Notes under the pieces: model-generated
The model's database searches: none
The model's input: only the letters and a program-made list of their open reading frames with translations
Told to the model about the DNA's origin: nothing
Program-made: the position numbers and the translations under genes
Assembly (NCBI RefSeq): GCF_044324875.1
Contig: NZ_CP172185.1
Source of the DNA: Escherichia coli
GTDB taxonomy: Bacteria; Pseudomonadota; Gammaproteobacteria; Enterobacterales; Enterobacteriaceae
DNA: 64,000 nucleotides
Direction: 5' to 3' (one strand)
In this document: positions 35,342 to 48,129 of the stretch, one piece after another
Position numbering within the stretch: position 1 is the stretch's first letter
Layout of the letters: every line of letters begins with the position of its first letter

Positions 35342-36372
35342 TGATTCGGTTGTACCCGGAACAACTCCGCGCGCAGCTCAATGAAGGGCTGCGCGCGGCG
35401 TATCTTTTACTTGGTAACGATCCTCTGTTATTGCAGGAAAGCCAGGACGCTATTCGTCAGGTAGCTGCGGTACAAGGATTCGAAGAACACCACACTTTTT
35501 CCATTGATCCCAACACTGACTGGAATGCGATCTTTTCGTTATGCCAGGCCATGAGTCTGTTTGCCAGTCGACAAACGCTATTGCTGTTGTTACCAGAAAA
35601 CGGACCGAATGCGGCGATTAATGAACAACTTCTCACACTCACCGGACTTCTGCATGACGACCTGCTGTTGATCGTCCGCGGTAATAAATTAAGCAAAGCG
35701 CAAGAAAATGCCGCCTGGTTTACTGCTCTTGCGAATCGCAGCGTGCAGGTGACCTGTCAGACACCGGAGCAGGCTCAGCTTCCCCGCTGGGTTGCTGCGC
35801 GCGCAAAACAGCTCAACTTAGAACTGGATGACGCGGCGAATCAGGTGCTCTGCTACTGTTATGAAGGTAACCTGCTGGCGCTGGCTCAGGCACTGGAGCG
35901 TTTATCGCTACTCTGGCCAGACGGCAAACTGACATTACCTCGCGTTGAACAGGCGGTGAATGATGCCGCGCATTTCACCCCTTTTCATTGGGTTGATGCT
36001 TTGTTGATGGGAAAAAGTAAGCGCGCGTTGCATATTCTTCAGCAACTGCGTCTGGAAGGCAGCGAACCGGTTATTTTGTTGCGCACATTACAACGTGAAC
36101 TGTTGTTACTGGTTAACCTGAAACGCCAGTCTGCCCATACGCCACTGCGTGCGTTGTTTGATAAGCATCGGGTATGGCAGAACCGCCGGGGCATGATGGG
36201 CGAGGCGTTAAATCGCTTAAGCCAGCCGCAGTTACGTCAGGCCGTGCAACTCCTGACACGAACGGAACTCACCCTCAAACAAGATTACGGTCAGTCAGTG
36301 TGGGCAGAGCTGGAAGGGTTATCTCTTCTGTTGTGCCATAAACCCCTGGCGGACGTATTTATCGACGGTTGA
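35341..36372 (+). CDS. holA: DNA polymerase III delta subunit
   Basis: 343 aa [36 protein letters not shown]...; start overlaps lptE stop. Confidence 0.95.
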
Positions 36373-36373
36373 T

Positions 36374-37015
36374 ATGAAATCTTTACAGGCTCTGTTTGGT
36401 GGCACCTTTGATCCGGTGCACTATGGACATCTTAAACCCGTGGAAACGCTGGCGAATTTGATTGGTCTAACGCGGGTCACAATCATCCCTAATAATGTTC
36501 CTCCGCATCGTCCCCAGCCGGAAGCGAACAGCGTGCAGCGTAAACACATGCTTGAACTGGCGATTGCCGACAAGCCATTATTTACTCTTGATGAACGCGA
36601 GCTAAAGCGCAATGCCCCCTCTTACACTGCGCAAACACTGAAAGAGTGGCGGCAGGAACAAGGGCCAGACGTGCCGCTGGCGTTTATTATTGGTCAGGAT
36701 TCATTGCTGACCTTTCCGACCTGGTACGAATACGAAACGATACTCGACAATGCACATTTGATCGTCTGTCGGCGTCCAGGTTACCCACTTGAAATGGCGC
36801 AACCGCAATACCAGCAATGGCTGGAAGATCATTTGACACATAACCCGGAAGATCTTCACCTTCAGCCTGCCGGTAAAATTTATCTGGCTGAAACGCCGTG
36901 GTTTAACATCTCCGCGACCATCATCCGCGAACGTTTGCAAAACGGTGAATCGTGTGAAGATTTATTGCCGGAACCGGTACTGACTTACATTAACCAACAA
37001 GGCTTGTATCGCTGA
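36374..37015 (+). CDS. nadD: Nicotinate-nucleotide adenylyltransferase
   Basis: 213 aa [20 protein letters not shown]... nucleotidyltransferase motif. Confidence 0.95.
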
Positions 37016-37038
37016 TACCTGTCGTTACGGAGGGCATG

Positions 37039-37650
37039 ATGCGACTGTGGTTAATTCGTCATGGCGAAACGCAAGCGAATATCGATGGTCTGTACAGCGG
37101 TCATGCTCCCACCCCCCTGACTGCGCGCGGTATTGAGCAAGCGCAAAATCTGCATACGCTGCTACATGGTGTTTCCTTTGACCTGGTTTTATGCAGTGAA
37201 CTGGAACGGGCACAGCATACCGCGCGACGGGTTCTCAGTGATCGCCAGCTCCCCGTGCAAATCATCCCTGAACTCAACGAAATATTTTTTGGCGACTGGG
37301 AGATGCGACATCATCGCGACCTCATGCAAGAAGATGCCGAAAACTATAGCGCGTGGTGCAATGACTGGCAGCATGCTATCCCCACGAACGGTGAAGGATT
37401 TCAGGCATTTTCACAACGTGTGGAACGGTTTATCGCAAGGCTTAGTGAATTTCAGCACTATCAGAATATTTTAGTCGTCAGCCATCAGGGTGTACTGAGT
37501 CTGTTAATCGCCCGTTTAATTGGTATGCCTGCCGAAGCTATGTGGCATTTTCGCGTTGACCAGGGGTGTTGGAGCGCCATTGATATCAACCAAAAATTCG
37601 CGACGCTACGCGTCCTCAATAGCCGTGCCATCGGGGTCGAGAATGCATGA
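37039..37650 (+). CDS. cobC: Alpha-ribazole phosphatase / phosphoglycerate-mutase-family phosphatase
   Basis: 203 aa MRLWLIRHGETQANIDGLYSG... with RHGE histidine phosphatase motif. Confidence 0.92.
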   Translation: MRLWLIRHGETQANIDGLYSGHAPTPLTARGIEQAQNLHTLLHGVSFDLVLCSELERAQHTARRVLSDRQLPVQIIPELNEIFFGDWEMRHHRDLMQEDAENYSAWCNDWQHAIPTNGEGFQAFSQRVERFIARLSEFQHYQNILVVSHQGVLSLLIARLIGMPAEAMWHFRVDQGCWSAIDINQKFATLRVLNSRAIGVENA

Positions 37651-37891
37651 CTTTTCTGTTTTTTTACGGGTAAGCCGCAACGACCATTGACAGCCCCGGG
37701 CAGGCTGATATTCTCCGCAGCCAGACTTTTTTCGCCAGACACGACTTTGTAGAAATTGTTTTACAAAAATGGCGATGCAATCTGCGGCGCGGGGTGGGAT
37801 GATAGCCCACTTTCGAAAGCCGATTCGGCGACAATTGTCCCGAAATCGCCTCTGGTTCAGGTATACTGACAGACCATTTTTATCTATTTGA

Positions 37892-38227
<336 letters not shown>

Positions 38228-38230
38228 TGC

Positions 38231-38698
38231 GTGAAGCTGCAACTTGTCGCCGTGGGAACGAAAATGCCGGACTGGGTACAAACCGGTTTTACCGAGTACC
38301 TGCGTCGTTTTCCGAAAGATATGCCCTTCGAGCTGATTGAAATTCCGGCCGGAAAACGCGGCAAGAATGCGGACATCAAGCGCATACTCGACAAAGAGGG
38401 TGAGCAGATGTTGGCGGCCGCAGGCAAAAACCGCATTGTCACCCTCGATATTCCAGGCAAGCCCTGGGATACGCCGCAGTTAGCCGCTGAGCTGGAACGC
38501 TGGAAGCTGGATGGTCGCGACGTCAGTCTACTGATTGGCGGGCCTGAAGGGTTGTCGCCTGCCTGTAAAGCGGCGGCGGAGCAGAGCTGGTCGCTGTCGG
38601 CGCTTACCCTCCCCCATCCGTTGGTTCGCGTGCTGGTCGCAGAGAGTCTGTACCGGGCGTGGAGCATCACCACCAACCATCCTTATCACCGTGAGTGA
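38231..38698 (+). CDS. rlmH: 23S rRNA (pseudouridine1915-N3)-methyltransferase RlmH
   Basis: 155 aa from GTG; [20 protein letters not shown]... Confidence 0.95.
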
Positions 38699-38728
38699 TA
38701 AGGGAGCTTTGAGTAGAAAACGCAGCGG

Positions 38729-40630
38729 ATGAAACTACAGAACTCTTTTCGCGACTATACGGCAGAGTCCGCGCTGTTTGTGCGCCGGGCGCTGGTCGCC
38801 TTTTTGGGGATTTTGCTGCTGACCGGCGTGCTTATCGCCAACCTGTATAATCTGCAAATTGTTCGCTTTACCGATTACCAGACCCGCTCTAATGAAAACC
38901 GCATTAAGCTGGTGCCTATCGCGCCCAGCCGCGGCATTATCTACGACCGTAACGGTATCCCTCTGGCACTTAACCGCACTATCTACCAGATAGAGATGAT
39001 GCCGGAGAAAGTCGATAACGTGCAGCAAACGCTGGACGCTTTGCGCAGCGTGGTTGATCTGACCGATGACGATATTGCTGCATTCCGAAAAGAGCGCGCA
39101 CGTTCACACCGTTTCACCTCCATTCCGGTGAAAACTAACCTGACCGAAGTACAAGTAGCTCGCTTTGCCGTCAATCAGTACCGTTTTCCGGGTGTTGAAG
39201 TTAAAGGCTATAAACGTCGTTACTATCCTTACGGTTCGGCGTTGACCCACGTCATCGGCTATGTGTCGAAAATCAACGATAAAGACGTCGAACGCCTGAA
39301 TAATGACGGCAAACTGGCCAACTATGCGGCAACGCATGATATCGGTAAGCTGGGCATTGAGCGTTACTATGAAGATGTGCTGCACGGTCAGACTGGTTAT
39401 GAAGAGGTTGAAGTTAACAACCGTGGGCGTGTTATCCGCCAGTTAAAAGAAGTGCCACCGCAAGCCGGACACGATATTTACCTGACGCTGGATCTCAAAC
39501 TCCAGCAATATATTGAAACGCTGCTGGCGGGTAGCCGCGCAGCGGTGGTAGTCACCGACCCGCGTACAGGTGGGGTGCTGGCGCTGGTTTCCACGCCTAG
39601 TTATGACCCAAACCTATTTGTTGACGGTATCTCCAGCAAAGATTATTCCGCCTTGCTGAACGACCCGAATACACCGCTGGTGAACCGCGCCACACAGGGG
39701 GTTTATCCTCCCGCGTCTACAGTTAAACCCTATGTGGCGGTTTCGGCATTGAGCGCCGGAGTGATCACGCGCAATACGACGCTGTTTGACCCAGGCTGGT
39801 GGCAACTGCCAGGTTCGGAAAAACGTTATCGTGACTGGAAAAAATGGGGCCACGGGCGTCTGAATGTCACAAGATCGCTGGAAGAATCTGCGGATACCTT
39901 CTTCTATCAGGTGGCCTACGATATGGGAATCGATCGCCTCTCCGAATGGATGGGTAAATTCGGTTATGGTCATTACACCGGTATCGACCTGGCGGAAGAA
40001 CGTTCCGGCAACATGCCTACCCGCGAATGGAAACAGAAACGCTTTAAAAAACCGTGGTATCAGGGTGACACCATTCCGGTTGGTATCGGTCAGGGTTACT
40101 GGACAGCGACCCCAATCCAGATGAGTAAGGCACTGATGATCCTGATTAATGACGGTATCGTGAAGGTTCCGCATTTGCTGATGAGCACCGCCGAAGACGG
40201 CAAACAGGTGCCATGGGTACAACCGCATGAACCGCCCGTCGGCGATATTCATTCCGGTTACTGGGAGCTGGCAAAAGACGGTATGTACGGTGTTGCTAAC
40301 CGCCCTAACGGTACGGCGCATAAATACTTTGCCAGCGCACCGTACAAAATTGCGGCGAAATCTGGTACCGCTCAGGTCTTCGGTCTGAAAGCGAACGAAA
40401 CCTATAATGCGCACAAAATTGCCGAGCGTTTACGTGACCACAAACTGATGACCGCCTTTGCGCCATACAACAATCCGCAAGTCGCTGTCGCCATGATTCT
40501 GGAGAACGGCGGTGCGGGTCCGGCGGTTGGTACGCTGATGCGCCAGATCCTCGACCACATTATGCTGGGTGATAACAACACCGATCTGCCTGCGGAAAAT
40601 CCAGCGGTTGCCGCAGCGGAGGACCATTAA
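38729..40630 (+). CDS. mrdA: Penicillin-binding protein 2 (elongasome transpeptidase)
   Basis: 633 aa [25 protein letters not shown]...; STVK active-site motif (PPASTVKP), KSGT motif. Confidence 0.96.
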   Translation: MKLQNSFRDYTAESALFVRRALVAFLGILLLTGVLIANLYNLQIVRFTDYQTRSNENRIKLVPIAPSRGIIYDRNGIPLALNRTIYQIEMMPEKVDNVQQTLDALRSVVDLTDDDIAAFRKERARSHRFTSIPVKTNLTEVQVARFAVNQYRFPGVEVKGYKRRYYPYGSALTHVIGYVSKINDKDVERLNNDGKLANYAATHDIGKLGIERYYEDVLHGQTGYEEVEVNNRGRVIRQLKEVPPQAGHDIYLTLDLKLQQYIETLLAGSRAAVVVTDPRTGGVLALVSTPSYDPNLFVDGISSKDYSALLNDPNTPLVNRATQGVYPPASTVKPYVAVSALSAGVITRNTTLFDPGWWQLPGSEKRYRDWKKWGHGRLNVTRSLEESADTFFYQVAYDMGIDRLSEWMGKFGYGHYTGIDLAEERSGNMPTREWKQKRFKKPWYQGDTIPVGIGQGYWTATPIQMSKALMILINDGIVKVPHLLMSTAEDGKQVPWVQPHEPPVGDIHSGYWELAKDGMYGVANRPNGTAHKYFASAPYKIAAKSGTAQVFGLKANETYNAHKIAERLRDHKLMTAFAPYNNPQVAVAMILENGGAGPAVGTLMRQILDHIMLGDNNTDLPAENPAVAAAEDH

Positions 40631-40632
40631 TC

Positions 40633-41745
40633 ATGACGGATAATCCGAATAAAAAAACATTCTGGGATAAAGTCCATCTCGATCCCACAATGCTGCTGAT
40701 CTTACTGGCATTGCTGGTTTACAGCGCCCTGGTTATCTGGAGCGCCAGCGGTCAGGATATTGGCATGATGGAGCGTAAAATCGGCCAAATCGCGATGGGT
40801 CTGGTCATCATGGTGGTGATGGCGCAAATTCCTCCACGCGTTTATGAAGGCTGGGCCCCCTATCTCTATATCATCTGTATTATTTTGCTGGTGGCGGTAG
40901 ATGCTTTCGGTGCCATCTCTAAAGGCGCTCAACGCTGGCTGGACCTCGGTATTGTTCGTTTTCAGCCGTCGGAAATTGCCAAAATAGCCGTACCACTGAT
41001 GGTTGCGCGCTTTATCAACCGCGACGTTTGCCCGCCATCGTTGAAGAACACTGGCATCGCGCTGGTGCTGATATTTATGCCTACGCTGCTGGTGGCTGCA
41101 CAGCCTGACCTGGGAACATCAATCCTCGTTGCGCTTTCCGGTCTGTTTGTACTGTTCCTCTCTGGCCTTAGCTGGCGTCTGATTGGCGTCGCAGTAGTGC
41201 TGGTAGCGGCGTTCATTCCGATTCTGTGGTTCTTCCTGATGCATGATTACCAGCGCCAGCGCGTAATGATGCTCCTGGACCCGGAATCAGACCCACTCGG
41301 CGCGGGCTATCACATTATTCAGTCTAAAATTGCTATTGGCTCCGGCGGATTACGCGGCAAAGGCTGGCTGCATGGCACTCAGTCACAACTTGAATTTCTC
41401 CCCGAACGCCATACCGACTTTATCTTCGCGGTACTGGCGGAAGAGCTGGGATTAGTGGGCATTTTGATTCTGCTCGCTCTCTACATTCTGCTGATCATGC
41501 GCGGGCTGTGGATAGCCGCCAGAGCGCAAACCACCTTTGGTCGCGTCATGGCTGGCGGCTTAATGCTGATATTATTCGTTTATGTCTTCGTAAATATTGG
41601 TATGGTAAGCGGTATTCTGCCGGTTGTAGGGGTTCCGCTCCCACTGGTCAGTTATGGAGGATCGGCGCTAATTGTGCTGATGGCTGGGTTCGGGATTGTA
41701 ATGTCAATCCACACCCACAGGAAAATGTTGTCGAAAAGCGTGTAA
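40633..41745 (+). CDS. mrdB: Peptidoglycan glycosyltransferase RodA (SEDS family)
   Basis: 370 aa multi-[38 protein letters not shown]... Confidence 0.96.
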   Translation: MTDNPNKKTFWDKVHLDPTMLLILLALLVYSALVIWSASGQDIGMMERKIGQIAMGLVIMVVMAQIPPRVYEGWAPYLYIICIILLVAVDAFGAISKGAQRWLDLGIVRFQPSEIAKIAVPLMVARFINRDVCPPSLKNTGIALVLIFMPTLLVAAQPDLGTSILVALSGLFVLFLSGLSWRLIGVAVVLVAAFIPILWFFLMHDYQRQRVMMLLDPESDPLGAGYHIIQSKIAIGSGGLRGKGWLHGTQSQLEFLPERHTDFIFAVLAEELGLVGILILLALYILLIMRGLWIAARAQTTFGRVMAGGLMLILFVYVFVNIGMVSGILPVVGVPLPLVSYGGSALIVLMAGFGIVMSIHTHRKMLSKSV

Positions 41746-41755
41746 GAGGTGCGCA

Positions 41756-42844
41756 ATGCGTAAGCAGTGGCTCGGGATCTGCATCGCGGCAGGAATGCTC
41801 GCGGCATGTACAAGCGATGATGGTCAGCAACAGACGGTAAGTGTACCGCAGCCTGCGGTATGTAACGGCCCCATAGTTGAAATTAGCGGGGCGGACCCGC
41901 GTTTCGAACCACTGAACGCGACGGCAAATCAGGATTACCAGCGCGACGGTAAAAGCTACAAAATCGTGCAGGATCCGTCTCGATTTAGCCAGGCGGGACT
42001 GGCGGCAATCTATGATGCCGAACCCGGCAGTAACCTGACGGCCTCTGGCGAAGCTTTCGATCCGACACAGTTGACGGCGGCCCATCCAACGCTTCCGATC
42101 CCCAGCTACGCCAGAATCACTAACCTGGCTAACGGGCGAATGATCGTGGTGCGCATTAATGATCGCGGTCCTTACGGCAACGACCGCGTTATTTCGCTTT
42201 CTCGCGCGGCAGCTGACCGTCTTAACACGTCAAACAACACCAAAGTTCGTATCGATCCGATTATTGTCGCCCAGGATGGTTCGCTTTCTGGTCCTGGTAT
42301 GGCCTGTACCACAGTTGCTAAACAGACTTACGCCCTGCCTGCACCTCCCGATTTAAGCGGCGGCGCGGGAACAAGTTCAGTGTCTGGCCCGCAGGGTGAC
42401 ATTCTTCCGGTCAGTAATTCGACGCTAAAAAGCGAAGATCCGACCGGCGCGCCGGTAACCAGCAGCGGTTTCCTCGGTGCACCAACGACCTTAGCGCCTG
42501 GTGTTCTGGAAGGCAGCGAACCAACGCCTGCACCACAGCCCGTTGTTACAGCTCCGTCGACAACACCTGCAACCTCGCCTGCAATGGTGACACCGCAAGC
42601 CGCCTCGCAAAGCGCCAGCGGCAACTTTATGGTGCAAGTCGGGGCCGTTAGCGATCAGGCTCGTGCGCAACAGTACCAACAGCAACTGGGACAGAAGTTC
42701 GGCGTCCCCGGTCGCGTAACTCAAAATGGCGCGGTCTGGCGGATCCAGCTTGGCCCATTCGCCAGCAAAGCCGAAGCCAGTACCTTGCAGCAACGTTTAC
42801 AAACCGAAGCCCAATTACAGTCATTTATTACCACCGCGCAGTAG
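41756..42844 (+). CDS. rlpA: Septal ring lytic transglycosylase RlpA (lipoprotein, SPOR domain)
   Basis: 362 aa MRKQWLGICIAAGMLAACTSDDGQQ... lipobox LAAC; Pro/Thr-rich linker; C-terminal SPOR-like. Confidence 0.95.
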   Translation: MRKQWLGICIAAGMLAACTSDDGQQQTVSVPQPAVCNGPIVEISGADPRFEPLNATANQDYQRDGKSYKIVQDPSRFSQAGLAAIYDAEPGSNLTASGEAFDPTQLTAAHPTLPIPSYARITNLANGRMIVVRINDRGPYGNDRVISLSRAAADRLNTSNNTKVRIDPIIVAQDGSLSGPGMACTTVAKQTYALPAPPDLSGGAGTSSVSGPQGDILPVSNSTLKSEDPTGAPVTSSGFLGAPTTLAPGVLEGSEPTPAPQPVVTAPSTTPATSPAMVTPQAASQSASGNFMVQVGAVSDQARAQQYQQQLGQKFGVPGRVTQNGAVWRIQLGPFASKAEASTLQQRLQTEAQLQSFITTAQ

Positions 42845-42983
42845 CGTAAAGCAGGCATCTGATGTGTCAATTTCTGTAAATGACGTTAACAAAGTCACGC
42901 GGAAAGTCAGATGCCTGCCGGTAGTGCATTTGCTATAGTAGGGCACTTTTTTTAATTCCATCACGGATGTCGTAGTTCAGACC

Positions 42984-44195
42984 ATGAATACCATTTTTTC
43001 CGCTCGTATCATGAAGCGCCTGGCGCTCACCACGGCTCTTTGCACAGCCTTTATCTCTGCTGCACATGCCGATGACCTGAATATCAAAACTATGATCCCG
43101 GGTGTACCGCAGATCGATGCGGAGTCCTACATCCTGATTGACTATAACTCCGGCAAAGTGCTCGCCGAACAGAACGCAGATGTCCGCCGCGATCCTGCCA
43201 GCCTGACCAAAATGATGACCAGTTACGTTATCGGCCAGGCAATGAAAGCCGGTAAATTTAAAGAAACTGATTTAGTCACCATCGGTAACGACGCATGGGC
43301 TACCGGTAACCCGGTGTTTAAAGGCTCTTCGCTGATGTTCCTCAAACCGGGCATGCAGGTTCCGGTTTCTCAGCTGATCCGCGGTATTAACCTGCAATCG
43401 GGTAACGATGCTTGCGTCGCCATGGCCGATTTTGCCGCTGGTAGCCAGGACGCTTTTGTTGGCTTGATGAACAGCTACGTTAACGCCCTGGGCCTGAAAA
43501 ATACCCACTTCCAGACGGTACATGGTCTGGATGCTGATGGTCAGTACAGCTCCGCGCGAGATATGGCGCTGATCGGCCAGGCGTTGATCCGTGACGTACC
43601 GAATGAATACTCGATCTATAAAGAAAAAGAATTTACGTTTAACGGTATTCGCCAGCTGAACCGTAACGGCCTGTTATGGGATAACAGCCTGAATGTCGAC
43701 GGCATCAAAACCGGACACACTGACAAAGCAGGTTACAACCTTGTTGCTTCTGCGACTGAAGGCCAGATGCGCTTGATCTCTGCGGTGATGGGCGGACGTA
43801 CTTTTAAAGGCCGTGAAGCCGAAAGTAAAAAACTGCTAACCTGGGGCTTCCGTTTCTTCGAAACCGTTAACCCACTGAAAGTAGGTAAAGAGTTCGCCTC
43901 TGAACCGGTTTGGTTTGGTGATTCTGATCGCGCTTCGTTAGGTGTTGATAAAGACGTGTACCTGACCATTCCGCGTGGCCGCATGAAAGATCTGAAAGCC
44001 AGCTATGTGCTGAACAGCAGTGAATTGCATGCGCCGCTGCAAAAGAATCAGGTCGTCGGTACTATCAACTTCCAGCTTGATGGCAAAACGATCGAACAAC
44101 GCCCGCTGGTCGTGCTGCAAGAAATCCCGGAAGGCAACTTCTTCGGCAAAATCATTGATTACATTAAATTAATGTTCCATCACTGGTTTGGTTAA
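42984..44195 (+). CDS. dacA: D-alanyl-D-alanine carboxypeptidase PBP5
   Basis: 403 aa with signal peptide, SLTK active site ([11 protein letters not shown]), SGN and KTG motifs. Confidence 0.96.
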
Positions 44196-44248
44196 AAATC
44201 GAACACTTGAAAGTGTAATTTCCGTCCCCATATACTAAGCATCAGTAA

Positions 44249-44276
44249 AAAACTCCCGCCTTCTGGCGGGAGTTGC
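44249..44276 (+). terminator. Hairpin after dacA (putative terminator)
   Basis: AAAAAACTCCCGCC-ttct-GGCGGGAGTT hairpin. Confidence 0.5.
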
Positions 44277-44304
44277 TATTTAATTACGTTACGCCGGAGC
44301 TGAC

Positions 44305-44568
44305 ATGAAAACCAAACTTAACGAACTGCTTGAATTCCCTACTCCTTTTACTTACAAAGTTATGGGGCAGGCGTTACCTGAGCTGGTTGATCAGGTGGTT
44401 GAAGTGGTACAGCGCCATGCGCCAGGTGACTACACCCCAACGGTAAAACCAAGCAGCAAAGGCAACTACCACTCGGTATCTATCACTATCAACGCGACTC
44501 ATATCGAGCAGGTTGAAACACTGTATGAAGAACTGGGCAAAATCGATATTGTCCGCATGGTTCTGTAA
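44305..44568 (+). CDS. ybeD: UPF0250 family protein YbeD
   Basis: 87 aa [38 protein letters not shown]... Confidence 0.95.
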
Positions 44569-44668
44569 CTCGCTTCTCCGTTACCCGGCTCCTGGTCGGG
44601 TAACTCCCCTCTCCTCGCTGTGATATACTTTTCCCCCACTTTTACTCATTCTCCACGGAGATGCCGTT

Positions 44669-45310
44669 TTGTATCAGGATAAAATTCTTGTCCGCCAGCT
44701 CGGTCTTCAGCCTTACGAGCCAATCTCCCAGGCTATGCATGAATTCACCGATACCCGCGATGAAAGTACCCTTGATGAAATCTGGCTGGTCGAGCACTAT
44801 CCGGTATTTACCCAAGGGCAGGCAGGAAAAGCGGAGCACATTTTAATGCCGGGTGATATTCCGGTGATTCAGAGCGATCGCGGTGGGCAGGTGACTTATC
44901 ACGGGCCGGGGCAACAGGTGATGTATGTGTTGCTTAACCTGAAACGCCGTAAACTCGGTGTGCGTGAACTGGTGACCTTGCTTGAGCAAACAGTGGTGAA
45001 TACCCTGGCTGAACTGGGTATAGAAGCACATCCTCGGGCTGACGCGCCTGGTGTCTATGTCGGGGAAAAGAAAATTTGCTCACTGGGTTTACGTATTCGA
45101 CGCGGTTGTTCATTCCACGGTCTGGCATTAAACGTCAATATGGATCTTTCACCATTTTTACGTATTAATCCTTGTGGGTATGCCGGAATGGAAATGGCTA
45201 AAATATCACAATGGAAACCCGAAGCGACGACTAATAATATTGCACCACGTTTACTGGAAAATATTTTAGCGCTACTAAACAATCCTGACTTCGAATATAT
45301 TACCGCTTAA
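44669..45310 (+). CDS. lipB: Octanoyltransferase (lipoyl(octanoyl) transferase)
   Basis: 213 aa from TTG start [28 protein letters not shown]... Confidence 0.95.
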   Translation: MYQDKILVRQLGLQPYEPISQAMHEFTDTRDESTLDEIWLVEHYPVFTQGQAGKAEHILMPGDIPVIQSDRGGQVTYHGPGQQVMYVLLNLKRRKLGVRELVTLLEQTVVNTLAELGIEAHPRADAPGVYVGEKKICSLGLRIRRGCSFHGLALNVNMDLSPFLRINPCGYAGMEMAKISQWKPEATTNNIAPRLLENILALLNNPDFEYITA

Positions 45311-45569
45311 TTGCATACATCAATGGCCCAATTTACGCTGGGTCATTACTCATAATACCTGCTAATGCTTTACATCTCCTTCGCGTTTGTATATTTTCTT
45401 TATCACTTGCAGAAATGCGATGCTACGCCTTGCTCCGTAACTCACCCCATTGATTAACTTATTGAAATAGTTGATTATGGTGAGCAAAAGCGTTCCGTTC
45501 CAATTAGACATAAGATTATTGTAATTTTTTTTAATATTATTTTTCCATGAATAAAATTGGAGTAAGTGC

Positions 45570-46523
45570 GTGGATAGTAATAATCAAATTGAAACCTGTT
45601 TAAGCAGAAAGTCGTCAGAAGGTAAACCACAAATATTTACAACCTTACGAAATATTGATCTTAACCTTCTGACTATTTTTGAAGCTGTATATGTACATAA
45701 AGGGATCGTTAATGCAGCGAAAGTGCTTAATCTGACACCCTCGGCAATCAGTCAGTCTATTCAGAAACTGCGCGTTATATTCCCTGACCCATTGTTTATT
45801 CGCAAAGGCCAGGGCGTCACTCCTACCGCATTTGCGATGCATCTACATGAGTATATCAGTCAGGGCCTTGAGTCCATTCTTGGCGCGCTGGATATCGAAG
45901 GAAGCTATGATAAGCAACGAACGATAACTATTGCGACCACCCCCTCGGTCGGAGCCCTGGTCCTTCCTGTCATCTATCGGGCGATTAAATCTCACTATCC
46001 GCAGCTTTTACTGCGCAACCCGCCCATCAGCGACGCGGAAAACCAACTCAGTCAGTTTCAAACCGATCTCATCATCGATAACATGTTTTGCACCAATCGT
46101 ACGGTGCAACATCATGTTCTGTTCACCGACAATATGGTGTTAATTTGCCGTGAGGGAAATCCACTACTCTCTTTAGAAGATGACAGGGAGACTATCGACA
46201 ACGCTGCGCATATACTCCTGTTACCGGAAGGGCAAAATTTCAGCGGTCTGCGGCAGAGAGTTCAAGAGATGTTTCCGGACCGGCAAATCAGTTTCACCAG
46301 CTACAACATTTTGACAATCGCTGCACTGGTTGCCAACAGTGACATGTTAGCGATTATTCCCAGCCGTTTTTATAACCTGTTTAGCCGTTGCTGGCCGCTG
46401 GAAAAACTGCCTTTTCCGTCCTTAAATGAGGAGCAAATAGATTTCTCTATCCACTACAACAAATTCAGCCTGCGTGATCCCATCCTGCACGGGGTAATAG
46501 ATGTTATCCGTAATGCATTTTGA
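45570..46523 (+). CDS. ybeF: LysR-family transcriptional regulator
   Basis: 317 aa; N-terminal HTH (LNLTPSAISQSIQKLR) and LysR substrate-binding domain. Confidence 0.9.
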   Translation: MDSNNQIETCLSRKSSEGKPQIFTTLRNIDLNLLTIFEAVYVHKGIVNAAKVLNLTPSAISQSIQKLRVIFPDPLFIRKGQGVTPTAFAMHLHEYISQGLESILGALDIEGSYDKQRTITIATTPSVGALVLPVIYRAIKSHYPQLLLRNPPISDAENQLSQFQTDLIIDNMFCTNRTVQHHVLFTDNMVLICREGNPLLSLEDDRETIDNAAHILLLPEGQNFSGLRQRVQEMFPDRQISFTSYNILTIAALVANSDMLAIIPSRFYNLFSRCWPLEKLPFPSLNEEQIDFSIHYNKFSLRDPILHGVIDVIRNAF

Positions 46524-46731
46524 AAAAGTATTGTTACAGCCAGATCACAGCGAAGAACGAAAAAATGGCACAATCCAACAACAATTTTACATTTTCGCGA
46601 CCGCTTTGGCTGCTTTCAGGTCCGTTTCAATGATATACTGCCAGTCGTTAATTCAAAAATAGTTGATAATTACAACAATCTATTGAATTGAAACGCTTTC
46701 CTTCGTAATTCGCAACTGGAACACGCACGCT

Positions 46732-47697
46732 ATGAGTAAACCCATTGTGATGGAACGCGGTGTTAAATACCGCGATGCCGATAAGATGGCCCTTATCCCG
46801 GTTAAAAACGTGGCAACAGAGCGCGAAGCCCTGCTGCGCAAGCCGGAATGGATGAAAATCAAGCTTCCAGCGGACTCTACACGTATCCAGGGCATCAAAG
46901 CCGCAATGCGCAAAAATGGCCTGCATTCTGTCTGCGAGGAAGCCTCCTGCCCTAACCTGGCGGAATGCTTCAACCACGGCACAGCAACGTTTATGATCCT
47001 CGGCGCTATTTGTACCCGCCGTTGTCCGTTCTGTGACGTTGCCCACGGTCGCCCGGTAGCTCCGGATGCCAATGAACCAGTGAAACTGGCGCAGACCATT
47101 GCCGATATGGCGCTGCGTTATGTGGTTATCACCTCCGTTGACCGTGATGACCTGCGCGATGGCGGTGCCCAGCACTTTGCGGATTGCATTACTGCCATTC
47201 GGGAAAAAAGCCCGCAAATCAAAATTGAAACTCTGGTGCCGGATTTCCGCGGTCGTATGGATCGTGCTCTGGATATTCTGACCGCCACACCACCAGATGT
47301 GTTCAACCATAACCTGGAAAACGTACCGCGTATTTACCGTCAGGTACGGCCTGGTGCAGATTACAACTGGTCGCTGAAGCTGCTGGAACGCTTTAAAGAA
47401 GCGCATCCGGAAATCCCGACCAAGTCTGGTCTGATGGTGGGTCTGGGTGAAACCAATGAAGAAATTATTGAGGTAATGCGCGACCTGCGCCGTCATGGTG
47501 TGACGATGTTAACGCTGGGGCAATATTTGCAGCCAAGCCGCCATCACCTGCCGGTTCAACGTTACGTTAGCCCGGATGAGTTCGACGAAATGAAAGCCGA
47601 AGCGCTGGCGATGGGCTTTACCCATGCTGCATGCGGTCCGTTTGTCCGCTCGTCTTACCACGCCGATTTGCAGGCGAAAGGGATGGAAGTTAAGTAA
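46732..47697 (+). CDS. lipA: Lipoyl synthase (radical SAM)
   Basis: 321 aa [26 protein letters not shown]...; cysteine motifs CEEASCPN and CTRRCPFC. Confidence 0.96.
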
Positions 47698-47725
47698 TCC
47701 TGTAATAATTACTTACATCTGTCTG

Positions 47726-47758
47726 ATAAAAAACCCGCTTTTTGAAGCGGGTTTTTTG
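47726..47758. terminator. Bidirectional rho-independent terminator between lipA and tatE
   Basis: AAAAAACCCGC-tttttgaa-GCGGGTTTTTT; A/T tracts on both sides. Confidence 0.8.
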
Positions 47759-47797
47759 TATCGAACAAGATATTGAGGGAGCGTCCTGCTCGCCACG

Positions 47798-48001
47798 TCA
47801 CTCTTTATGAGAGAGCTTTTCAGCCTGAAGATCAACGTCTGCGCCTTTTTTCGCCGCAGCATCGTCATCATTCATCGCCTTCTTGAACCCTTTAATGGCC
47901 GCTCCAAGGTCTCCGCCCAGCGTACGTAACTTCTTAGTCCCAAACAGCAGAACGACCAGCGCCGCAACTACCAGCAGTTTGGTAATACTAATCTCACCCA
48001 T
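47798..48001 (-). CDS. tatE: Twin-arginine translocase subunit TatE
   Basis: 67 aa [43 protein letters not shown]... Confidence 0.95.
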   Translation of the reverse strand: MGEISITKLLVVAALVVLLFGTKKLRTLGGDLGAAIKGFKKAMNDDDAAAKKGADVDLQAEKLSHKE

Positions 48002-48129
48002 AGATACCTTCTTGACATATAACCGGCAACAGAACGCGCCTTAAAAACCAGAGAATATTAACGGTCATTCGACGCGCGCACACAATAGCAATCTGTAACA
48101 AGGTGAATCAAGCGCCGAGTAAAAAAACA

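Noticed and set aside
46648-47496. 282-aa minus-strand ORF overlapping lipA
   Set aside because: Antisense to lipA, which has the radical-SAM cysteine motifs and exact expected length.
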